From Hydrolagus colliei (lineage: Eukaryota), in the NCBI GenBank assembly GCA_035084275.1, contig CM068747.1, forward strand, positions 23,560,001-23,624,000: a stretch of DNA of 64,000 bases. The letters run 5' to 3'. Made by a program: the position numbers and the translations under genes. The first letter of the stretch is position 1, and every line of letters begins with the position of its first letter. The notes below the pieces were generated by a model. The model had not been told where the DNA came from, made no database searches, and saw only the letters and a list, made by a program, of their open reading frames with translations. Positions 48,901-61,400 of this stretch are shown piece after piece.

Positions 48901-51900
48901 GTATCTGCATTGCCACTTAGTTACTACCTCCTGATGCTAATGCAGTTCTCGACTGATAACATGAATCCTGCTCCAGTACATGCTTGCAAATAGTCACAGA
49001 TTTTTAAATAAAAATTTCCAGACTTATTGAAATCACACAGCACGGTTAACACTCTTTTTCCTAGCCTTTACCATATTGGTCTGGCAACTCTCAGCTAACC
49101 TTAATCTAACTGCACTCGATCTCTTTCCTGGCTTGTCTCTCACTGTGCTTGTTAGCTCTCTCTCTCTCTGTTTCTCTCTGTGGTCTCTTTTATTTGCACC
49201 TCTCAAAGCCTATTAGAAGGCTATTGATGTTCACTTATACAGTCACCAAAGTAGTGCCGCCAATTGCCTTACATGACGTCAACCATCAGGGCTGTGGAGG
49301 AGAGGTGTACTGTCACAACACATTTAGCAGTGAACTATCTTGAAAGAGGGGGAAAAGAAAGTTTTAGTTAGACAGACACCAGCTTCATGAAAAAAATTTG
49401 GAAATCTTTCAGGCTTTATGTGTTTTTCAAATACATGATGCATTGATGTAAAATACGATGAATTGTGACACAAAGCAACGTTTGATTTGATAATAGTAAT
49501 ATTAATTGGTATAATTTGGTAATAATTAGCTTTAATGCCTCAAAGTCCTTCACAGTATGTAATAATAATACTGATAATCCTTGCATTTGATATAATGCTT
49601 TATCAAGTATTCGATATGTCACAAAGCGCTTCACAGAACATAGTGTAAAGCAAATTGACTGTATATTATGTGGTCAAAACGCAGTAGTCAATTGTGCATA
49701 GCAGTGTCCCATAATCAGTTGCGGATTGAGTGATAAATTTTTTTTAAAAAGAGCTGCAAAGTGCTGTAAATATGCTGTAAAGTGGAGCGATGGGGCATCA
49801 TGCGGCAGTCAATTTGCACACGCCAATGTCCCACATAGCGCCACAAGATCTTTAATGTCCATCTGAACAGGTGGACGTGACCTTGGTTTAACCATGTAGG
49901 TGACACTGAAGTCCTGGTGTAGTTGACACAAAGATACTGATGCAATATATTGCCTTCTGTCAAATGACTCATTCCCTAATGTAATAAATTTCACAAAAGT
50001 GCAAGCCTAATGAAATGCACCTCTCAAAGCTACCTTTGATTTCTACCCTTATACGTCTCTAAAAGGCACTCTTACGGTAGCACAACTGCAATACATTTGG
50101 TAATGGTTCAACTCCTCATTTGTTCCGTTTGCTCAGCACCGTGTTCAAACATCGTTAGTCTTGTTAAATAACCTCTGCCTCCCCAGTCAACATCACTCTC
50201 ACTGAAAAATAGCCCAACATCTGGGCTATTTTTATTGTTAGTTCGCTCCAAGAATTCTTGGCAATGCTTCACGAACTCTGGGTTTAGTTGTAAATTATAA
50301 CTAAAAATACAGCAGCAGAAGTGTATTGTGCCCAGCTATTCAAAAACTGAGTGTTCGGCTGTCACCTGTTCCTCAAGAGTTCTACACAAAATGTATCGTT
50401 AGTCAATCCGGCTGTAAATAAAGCTCCTACGGCCCAAGATTTCTCATCGTCTTTGCCGTGAGGCCAATCTCTTAAAATGTAACATTGTGTGGTCATTTGA
50501 ATAAATCATAAATTCCCCTGTTTAACATATACCGTTTCATTCAGTTCGTTGAATTAATGGACTGGCCAGTTTTCAAGCAATGTAGCTCCTCAATTCTTTG
50601 ACACTAATCTCTCTCTTTCTCTCTCGCTTTTGGATATTGATTGTGGATTTCCAGTCCTATTTGTTTCCATTTAAGATTCCCAAGAGCTGAAGTCTTTTTC
50701 TGTTTCTTCTTGCCGGTCTGTGGATAGCCCTAAACAGCAGGTGTTCAAAAGCATTTGATGGAGTCAGCATTTAGATAGAGAGTCAGATTACTGACTCTCA
50801 GTAGATTACTTTCTGCCCTCTAAAGAGCTTTGTAGTCTTGATATGGTGCAGTAGAGTCAGTCCAATTAAATAAACCTAAAATGTCTCAGTCTACTTGTCT
50901 GAATGAAGTACCAGACTCTTGAAAGTAGAGTGTTGCTCCCAAATGTAAAAATCACATTGAATAACATCCCCTTTGGAATAACAACCACCTACAACAAAAT
51001 TACATTTGTATAGCGCCACTACTGAGCGCTCTGATACAACAACAATAACAACAACAACTTTGATTAATGTAACGCCCTCCATGCTGGACGGCATCTCAGA
51101 GCGCTTCACAATAGCGGATCCCGGGACCAAGGGGTAGAAAGGTGACCAAAGGTGCGGTCGAAGAGAAAGCTCTTCAGCTGAGACCTGCGCGAGGCGAAGA
51201 TAGTGAGGAAGGGAATTCCAGAGCCTTGGGGCATAGTGGCTGAAGGCACGGCCGCCGAGGGTGGATCGGAGGATTCGGGGGACATGGAGAAGGCCAGACC
51301 CATACGAGTTGTTGTTGTAACACTGTCTGAATGACTCCTAAAGACTAAGAGAGAGTTGCCAGCACCCTCTCAGGGTGAAGATCTCTGTACAAGAGGATAA
51401 CATAGTTATGAATCTACTTCCGCAGCAGTGATCTGTTGGTAATCATGTAATCACGAAAACGTGATTAGTTAGACAGTGTCGATCATATTGAAAATGATCG
51501 AACTTGTTACCAGTACTTTTTCTAAAGGCTACTCTTGTCAGATGTCTACCAAATGAAATTCCACAGCATCTTATGCTTCAGAGAGAGGGAGGTATGTTGT
51601 GGGACAATGGCAATGTGAAGCGTTTCACATTAAAAATTCAGAAATCGTGTACCTTAGCTAGAAATTGTACAAGGACGGATTTACTGAGCCCCTAACAGTG
51701 TGGGAGTAAATGAAGGCAGTTCAATATGAAATAGTATCTGACACACTGCCAGTAGAATGATCAATCAAGTGGAACAGTGTCCTGTGCTGTGCAACATATT
51801 AACAGTTGTGCTACCCAAAAAAATATGTGTGTTTTTTTACAGCTGGTAATAACACATCAGTATTTTGCCCTGAGGATCTTATACTGATCTTGAAAACTGA

Positions 51901-53807
51901 AATTCATGACCCTCCCTGGAATATTTCAGCCAATTAATACCATCGCTTTGCCACCCCTTAAAATGAGAAGAAAGGGATGGTCCTGTCTGATAATGCATCT
52001 GTTGCTCTTCAACCTAACCTGAAGACCTAGATCTTTATAGAATTTCACAATTTTCCAAGTGTGATGTCAGTTCCATCTATTCAAAGCCAGACAGCAATGT
52101 CTAATCTGGGATTAAATGACCCGTGACTCTACCTGTTTCAATTTATTTGAAGCTCTGTTTTAAATTAACTTGGCGAGCAAGAAAAAAGAATGACGGAATT
52201 AAAAGGAAAAGACTCTGTAACCAAGCCAGCAACAGGTTACCGATTGCTGCAACGTACAAATAACCAAGGCAGAAGTTCAAGCTTTTACAATAAATAGCAT
52301 TGATGTGAACACTAACATGCTGTGCCTCCCAGTGTTTTGAGGCACTACGTCACTTATTCAATTTGACAGCACAACATGCTGCTTCATACCACAGAATGAA
52401 TAATAATATGATTTTTTTAAAGGGATTTCTAGTGCTTTTCCACTTGACTGAACTGGAACTCTGGACAGACACAATGCCAAACCTACTATGTATGCAAGGA
52501 CCTAAATGCAAAGGGAGATAGGATGAAAATGGCATCAAGGTAAAGTGTAACAAAGTGCCTTGTATCAGTTACAAAATCATACATCTCCCAATGCAGCGCT
52601 GCGGTGATTATAATAATACTGATAATAATTACATCCATGCCTTATCACGTCATCAATGAGATATCATAATTATTTTGTTGGTCAGCCAGGTGTCTAATAC
52701 ATGCAGAAGCACATTTAAAAGTGTTCAAATGTGACTGTGAGTTCCATGAATGCCACTTACACATGGAAATGTCTTTGTGCGGATGCAATGTGCACTCTTA
52801 TTCACATACACTACCTTTATGGCTTTGCCATTACCTTTACAGTATGACACAACTATACAAGGTCTAATTATGCCCCAAAATGCGGCTACTCATTTGTTCG
52901 CCATAATGAAGAATAACGGATGCTGTTATTCTATTTTAATTGCTTTTATTCCACTCATTTTAATTTAAGCTACAGTTTGGGTATTTTTACACTTTGGAGA
53001 GAATGTTATTCCACAATTAATTTGACAAACCTTAGGATTCATTTCATTTGAATGGGAAAATTGTCTAATTCACAAAATCTGTTTATTGTTTTGCTTAGAG
53101 GCCCAACGAGTTTTGCATACTGTGATATTGCTGTGTCAAATTGGTGCCGGGTTCACTCGTAAAATATATAGTCATTGCCCTTCACGGAAAATCCTGTGAA
53201 ACGCTTTGAGACGCCTCCTCGTTGTGAGAGGCACAGTACCAAACGGAAGGATTTTTGAATTCGAAGTTAGTCATCTTTGTCTCGCCCACAAAGTACACGG
53301 TCAGTTCAGTTTAAAGTATATCTTGTGAAGCGCTTTGAGGCTTCTCGACGACGTGATAAGGCGCGACATCAAATGCAAGGATTCTTCTTCTTATCATTAT
53401 TTATTTTGTAAATCAAAAATTTCCTTTCAATAGCCACCTCAAATTGTGAAAAGCATTCACAAAACTAAAGCATTCACTAAAACTAGGTTTAAAGCAGCAT
53501 GAGGCATGCTGACATCTCATTATATCTTCCTTTGTTCTTTCCCTCTTCCAATTGCATCCACACAGCTGTGTTCCTTGAGCCCAAATAGCAGAGGATTTAC
53601 AGCTCCTTTTAGGGCTAATCCATGATCAACAGGAGAATGGCTTTCTGGGCATATAGGGCTCCACCTAGTGCCTAGTACTAGTGTCTCTCTCTCACACACA
53701 CACACACATTAAACTTTAAGAAGCTGTAAGAATTAATATTAAGATTTATTATTAGACTGACTATTATTAGATTTATCAGACTTCTGTCTCATCTTTTTTA
53801 TAGATAC

Positions 53808-53840
<33 letters not shown>

Positions 53841-55591
53841 CATGCTGCCTTGATAGATATTACTTACACTGACTGTGAGATGAATTTCATCATAAGCTGA
53901 ACTGTACAGATACCATATACACGTAAATCACCTCTTGTACTTTTATGCTGAGACGCATGTCACAGGAAATGAATACAACAGAGAGAATAATAGATGATGT
54001 GAGCGATTACAAGACACTAATCCAATCAAAGAGACTCAGGTATTTTAAAGCAGAAAAGATTGAATGGTTTATAATCATCTGAGCCCAGGAAATAGATTAG
54101 TCTTTAAATCACTCCTGTTGTTCTTCATAGAATATACAGTTGCAATTCAACTGTAGCAGGAGATTTATTCTTTTCAAGTCAATCTTGATGCTACCAGTGG
54201 ATCTCCACATGGATCTGGCTCCATTTCCTAGATTTGCGCAGATAAATCATTGCAATTTTATTATCACAAAAATATATTGGGGAAAACCTTGTAAACTCTA
54301 TGTAGGTCTAATCTATATAATATTGCAATATCATTTATACCACTTCAGCCTACACAATCTCAATCTCTCCGCGTCAAAGGTGGGTACAAGAAATGGATTG
54401 ACCTTTGCACAAATGGTAGTGTCAAGTGCAATGTACGTTTGGTGACGGGTCCCTGTCACTTCTGGATTGTCAATGGAAGCACTGGGTGTGACCGACTAAA
54501 CAGTCTTTCTCATTCTATGCTTCGTACCCATGTCTTATATCTGCAGACATTGTCCTGTTCTCATCCGCTCTCTTCACACTGTGTATAGTCACTGGTGCTT
54601 ATCACTGCAGCAGCTGCTCGGGGGGAAACGGTATTCCTATGTCAGTTAATATATTAATGCATGTGGATAAGTCACACTAGTTATACTTACCCACCTCCTA
54701 ACAGCTGGTTACTGAGCTTCACTGACAAAGGCCTGGATGTGAACCAATCTTTTAGCTGTAGGAATACATATGGAAGTTTGGCACCAAAAATTGTTTATTT
54801 AAGGGGTGGGGAGGGGGAGAGTAGAGGGGGCAGGGGCGGTCAAAATACATAGATCTGGTCTACACTTAAAGGTAATATACTGTACAGGGTTCTCCTCTGC
54901 AAACCCAACTCAAGTGTAAAACTTGCATCATTTTTAATAGAAATGTTTCTTTACATCTGAAAATATATCAATCTGCAACTTATGGAGTCACGAAAAGTCA
55001 ATTCACTTTACAGTATACTCTGTGAAATGCTTTGAGACGTCTCGAAGACGTGATAAGGTGCTGTATCAAATGCAATGATGATTATTATTATTAACGCTAC
55101 ACAGGGCTTATAAAGTGCAGCTTTGGACAGGAGTCTCTCTTAAACGGTCAGAGACTGGACTTCCAAGTCCACTTCAGACCAGACCGGTCTACAGACTGTT
55201 TGCTGGTCTACTATCCTCACCCTTTCAAATGGAAACTACATGTGAATGTGCAGAACAGTGTCAAAGCAAAGTTCTGATTAATCCCATCTTCTGACAATTC
55301 AGCCCACAAGGAAACTTCCCTCCTGCTCGCTCTGTGTTACTGAGGATTTCCCTGAGTTCATTCATACAGCAGCAGGTATTCAATTACTTTTGCACAAGCA
55401 CTGAAGTGCCATCTCTGACAAACCTTTGCTTTGTTTACCTGCTGTGTAACAGTCACTGAAAACTCAATAATAACAATGATAATCCTTCCATTTGATCTAG
55501 CGCTTTTCATGCCTTCATCTCAAAGCGCTTCACAGAATATCCTGTAAAGTGAATTGACTTTTCATGACTCCAGAAGTTGCAGATTCATATA

Positions 55592-56106
55592 CAGGTATCC
55601 CTCCCCAACCGCAAGGGATACGTGCCTGAAAACCTCTGCGGTTAGTAAAACCGCGGTTGGAAAATGCAGGGCCCTACGGGAAACATGCGGATAGGGGGAG
55701 TAAGTTTGCTTGTCCTTGAACTAAACACAAAAAAATTCATGTTATTTACCTAAATCCTAATGATGATGATGATGGGGGAAGTGGTTGTTACATGGAAGAG
55801 GGGCCCGGCACGCCCTCTTCCTCTGCCTCCTCCTCCAGATTATAAATCACCAACGAGTGTAAGGGGGGTGGCTGCGGAGAAGGTGGTGTGGTGGGTGACA
55901 CCGAGGAGGTGGATGCGGAGAAGCGACATCGTAGCTGGTTGATTGCAACATCACAACTGGGTCCTAGCGCCAAACGCTAGTGTTAGTGTTAAAATCCGTG
56001 GATACACAAAACCCATTGCCGCGGTTAGCAAAGGTTGTCGTAGCGAACCAACTGTGGATAGGTGAAATTCACGGTAGAAAAAAACGCAGTTGGGTCGGGG
56101 TACCTG
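55592..56106. mobile_element. Non-autonomous Tc1/mariner (Tigger/pogo-like) DNA transposon, MITE, 515 bp
   Basis: TA flanks on both sides (55590-55591, 56107-56108); TIRs CAGGTATCCCTCCCCAACCGC versus CAGGTACCCCGACCCAACTGC (17/21 identical); no transposase ORF. Confidence 0.8.
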
Positions 56107-57796
56107 TATTTGATATGAATTTATCAAGTTTCGCCCTGACCTGCCTGGAATCGAACCCAGGTCTCTCGCTTGTAAGGCGAGTGCTCTAATCACTGGACTA
56201 CAGGACTCCACAGTGGTAAGTTCCTGGGTTCTCCTCTGAAAACCCAGCTCAAGTGTACAACATGCCCCTTTTTTCAAAACTGTAATGTTTCTTCAGACCT
56301 GAAAAAATATATAAATTTGCAGCATTAAACAACAACCATGCAGCAAATTGCATTTATATAGCGTCATTCACACTGAGAGCTTACATACAGAGGTGCAAAA
56401 CCCTTTCGGGACAAGTATTAACAGCAGCAGCAGTAACAGCAACTAAGCCACTCTGTGTAGTGGCTTGCTAATGTGGCACCTGAGGCAAGTCTCACTGTGA
56501 AAGAAGCTGTGATGCTGGTGCGTCAAGTTTTAATGATGACAGATCTACCCTTGGCTGTCAGGGGTGTGATCACCACAATCTGCAAAGTGCTGGGAAAAGT
56601 CTTCAGATCTCAGTAATTGAATATCGTCACCGATGTCCCTCACAGCACCTTCTCACTCAGCTAACGTATTTAACATATCACTTTGAGACGTCCCGGTGGC
56701 GTATTAAGGTGCTATATCAAATGCCAGGAAATTGCTATTGTTATTATCGTATACAGTCTCCGCACCTCGGGAACAAATTGCTCCACCAGCAAACGTGAAG
56801 ACAGTTCAGAAGGAAAGGAGAACAACAACAAAAATTATATTTGTATAGCGCCTTTCACATCAGGAGGACATCCCAAAGCACTGGACAGTCAGGGTTTTGG
56901 ACCCGAGGTGGGGTTAGCATTATAAGAACTATTACATAGCACTTCTCTGCCTCTTACTCTTTCCTACCCAGATTTGAGATTCACACACACTTGTAATGAC
57001 TCGCTGGAACTGTATTTTGTGGGCGAAACAAAAAGTACGGCTGGAAAAGAAGCCACTGAGGCTTTTACATGTGGCAGTTCAATGACTGAGCACTCCAGCA
57101 CAACAGACTGAGAGCTTGTCCCTCCCATTGCACAGGGATCTCTCATTGTTTCTGTTCTCAGAGACAGATGTTTCACCAACAAACGTTGCCGTCAATTCAC
57201 TTTACAGTATATTCTGTGAAGCGCTTTGAGACGTCTTAAAGACATGATAAGGCACTATATCAAATGCAAGGTATCTACACTATACATAGTATTATTGCTG
57301 CATATCATAACATTTATAAACGATTCCATAGCTAAACCCACCTGGAATAGATGTTGCTTGCATTGGTTCCCTTCTTTCATCTCCTTTGCTCCACTTTCCT
57401 TATTTTTCCATTAGGTTTCTGATACTGTCTCTCTCACCTGAATGGAGATTTTGTGTGCTCGTTTTGTCGGGAGGTCATTCTCAGCCCTTCTGCCTGCAGA
57501 CATCTCTACACTGCATCATCTCAAATTAATTCCTCCGCTATATCATGCAGAAATAGCAGCCTTATTAAATTCCGAGCCAGGGACTGGGTTGGGTTAGCTG
57601 ATCATAGCAATGGGCCACAACACCCCTTGGGTTTGAGAAAGTAAAGGTAAAATCCGCTATGCCACTTAGAGACTCTTGCTTGAACATGTACACATATGTG
57701 AGCATCAGCTGAGGGTGGGATGGGGCTCAACTATAATCTCCCTCTCACCCCCCCACTATGAAATACTCTGTTGGTATTTGCTGTGAAGCAACACAT

Positions 57797-58422
57797 CATC
57801 TTTGCATTTGGTAAAGCGCTTTTCACATCTTATAAACATCTCAAAGTGCTTCACAGAATATACTGTAAAGTGAATTGACTGTATATTTGTGGGTGAAACG
57901 CGGCAGCCAATTGCGCACAGCAGTGTCCCTACAAACAGTCGTGGATTGAAATGATCAATTTTTTATTATTGTGGGGGTTTTTTTGGACAGATTATTTTTA
58001 GGCATGTGGAGTAAGGATACTTGCCCAAGGTTCCGCCCTGACCTGCCTGGATTCGTACACAGATCTCCCAGCTTAGTCTCCATCTTGCAAGACAAGTGCT
58101 GTAACCACGAAGCCACAGGAGCTCCTATAGATAGTGGAAAAGCACTCATCTTACAAATGTGAGAGCTGTGTTTCAAATCCAGGCAGATCAGGGCAAAACC
58201 TTGGGCAAGTTGTCTTACTTCACACCCCTAATAGTAATCCGTCCGCAAAAAAATCTATAATAAATTGGTCATTTCAATCCATGACTTTATTTGGGGACAT
58301 TGCTGTGTGCAATTGGCTGCCATGTTTCCCCCACAAATATACAGTATATTCTGTGAAGCGTTTTGAGACGTTTAGAAGATGTGAAAAGCACTATATCAAA
58401 TGCAAGGATTATTATATTATTA
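57797..58422. mobile_element. Two full tRNA-SINEs fused head-to-head (57797-58121 minus, 58122-58422 plus)
   Basis: Both carry head, core and tail; they meet at the palindrome GGAGCTCC (58118-58125). Confidence 0.85.
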
Positions 58423-61400
58423 TAAAGTGGACAAAATACTGGTGGATGACTCATGGCTTATGCCCAAAGGAGGACAAAGGGAATTTAAATGCCTTCGTGA
58501 AAGGAGGAGAAGAATATTGGACAGGTAACCACCGAGGAGAAACATAAAGGAAAATACAAGGGAACTATTTCAATGCATTGACTGTCGAGTGGCTTGGGAA
58601 GTCCTCCCGACATGAAAGGCACTATGCAAATGCAATTTTGTTGTTGTTTGTGTGTCCAAAGACAATCCGTTTTTAATCAAAGAAGCTAATATTCACAATG
58701 AGTGTACTGATGACTGCTTTTCCACTATTTCTATTCGCAGCAAAGTTGTAGCGCACATTTACCTACCTACAACTCTGCTATGTGGTGAAAGTGAGAGCAC
58801 AACACAATTATTTTAACCTCAGAGTATCAATTTCTCAAAAATATCTCACACTTTCCAGGACTTGACAGATATTTAAGGAACATGCAGTTCTCCCACTGTT
58901 CAAACTGGCGAACATTTAAGCCCATGAATAAAGTTGTCAGTCAGCACAAGCTATTGAACAATTGATAGTTTAAAATATATATATATTCAAGTCGAGTGAA
59001 ACTTAAATCAAAATTCTATGTCAAAGTGACTTGAGTGTAAAATTATTTGCATGTAGCAATGCCCTCAGATTTTGGGTCCAGCCATATTGCTCAAACTCTT
59101 CAAGTCACATGCAGTTCCCCCATCTGTCTTGAATATTTTTGGTGTTTATGGAAATGCAATGCAGCAGAATGTATAGAATTACAGGGGTTCAGCTGATTTA
59201 ACTTCACTCGCATCCCATTACACTGTATTTTCTGACATCCTTTAATGGGGCAGTGTTAGGAATTAAGCAGGTGGAACTAAGAGGAGGTGCTGGTTGCAAT
59301 TGAGACAACCACTGCAAAGCGGGTTTGTTAGTACTGCTGTAGCTGAATCCGAGCAATAGAGAATAATGTATCCCACACTTTTAAAGTGATGAGGTTGCTT
59401 CGGTCCAAAACTGCAGTGGAGCAAATTCCTGGTAAATGGATGTAATTCAGTAGGAACTGTAGGCAAAAATACCAGACCAAGCACCAAAAATAAATTGATT
59501 AATGGTTGGATAAATAAAACAGCCAGAACATAGGGCATAAGAAACAGTATATAATTTGGGTTTGTTAGTAAAAATTTCATTGGAATTAACTGCTGCGTTG
59601 ATAAATTTGACTGGCGAGAGTGCATTAAACACCTGGTTGACCAAAACCAAATTCCACCAATGCAACATGTTCATTATTTACCTGTTATTAATTAGCAGAT
59701 TTATTTTCGATGGAAGTAAAACATTAAATTATTATTATTAACATTTTACAATGGAAGTTAAAAAAAAGTAAGTGTGTTTTTTGTTAGCAACTGTAAGGAT
59801 TTATTCAATAATCAGCTAATTAGAATTTAAATTTGTATTTTCCCGAACAACAGATGAATGATTTAGAAGGATGTGCTGAGCTTTATATTATTTCAATTTA
59901 ATTCATATGTTTGCAAATCACGAATGATTCTCACAATATGTTCCATTTAATACAAGAGGGGGAAAAAAATTAGAACAGAATAAAAATTATTATTAAGGCT
60001 ATTTTGGGGGCTATTTCAAAAATATATATATTTTTTTCACTTTAAATGTAATTGATAGTGGAAAGACCCCCTTTTTTTCCTCTGCATTTATGATCAGACT
60101 TCAGTAGGCTGTTGGATCTGTAGAAATATCTTTCAAATGCCTGACTGAGCCCACAATTTTGTTTTGCAAATTAAAATAATTGGCCTTTGTTGCTGGCTGT
60201 TAATTACGGGGAAACCTACCAGGGGCTGAGAACGCAGCCTCTGAATACTGTGAAGTGACAAGCTATTAGCAAAGCAGCCCACAGTGCGAGGACTAACATG
60301 TCAGTTTCACTCTGAAGCTTAGTCAACAAGAAAAACTACTGGGTTGTCACAAAACAATCACAGAGGCCTCATTGTGCATCCACAGAGGTCAGCTTCTTTA
60401 ACCGAAAGACCGGTTACTCTGATCAACGCTTTTTTCTCCAATTAGAGAACTTGTTAGTTATCCTTTCAATAAGATTCAGACCTATTTTGCTGGAATACTT
60501 GTAAGAGATGATTAACTAACTGCGGCTTCCCTGGCATAGAGAGAGAAGCGCAAGTCAGAGGAGCTTGGGTTAGAATGAATCAAAAGCAAGTGCTTTTTTA
60601 AGCAACCACAAGGATTTACCCATCCCAATATTCAGTGAGGAAAACGAAAGCTCAAAGAAGAAAGACCCTTGCCAACTGGATTAAAAACTTCCAATGAATT
60701 CTACAGCTTCAGAGTAAACAAAAAACTATCCACATTAAACTTAAATTCCAGTTAATTATATCAATCACTTCTGAGAAGGGTACAGTTGGGTCTGTCTCGG
60801 CCTTTTCTGTAGAGAGAATCTACTCTCTCAACAGTAAATCTTTTACAGATTTAAACAGGTGAACATTTCTGTGCTTTGTTCTCCATCTATACTCTGTAAT
60901 ATCATACAGTGGGATGAGAGAATAGTCAGAAACGTGCAACGATTTCTGTAATCTCTGAAGGTGATGATATTTTACATGAATGATAATGAATAATTGAATA
61001 ATAATTTGGCCACCCAAACCCACGACTGTTTGTGGGACAATTGCTGTGCGCAATTGACTGCCCTATTTGACCCACAAAATATGCAGTCAAATCAATTTGC
61101 AGTAAACTCAGTGAAGCGCTTTGAGACGCCTCGAAGATGTGATAAGGCGTCATATCAAATGGAAGGAATATTATTAGGAATAGAAATACAATTGATATCA
61201 CATCACAAATATCAAGTTTTGGTTGCTTATGTTTCGTCTTTCTGAGGTCCCTTCAGCAGAATTGGGCCAATCTGCTGAAATTCAAGGTGCCTTTGCTATG
61301 CAGTAGTTTTCTTATAGTACAATCAGAATAAAAACATGATTAACCAGGAATAAATTTACTTCCTCATGAGCAGCCAATAGTTGAACCAATAAAATTCAAC

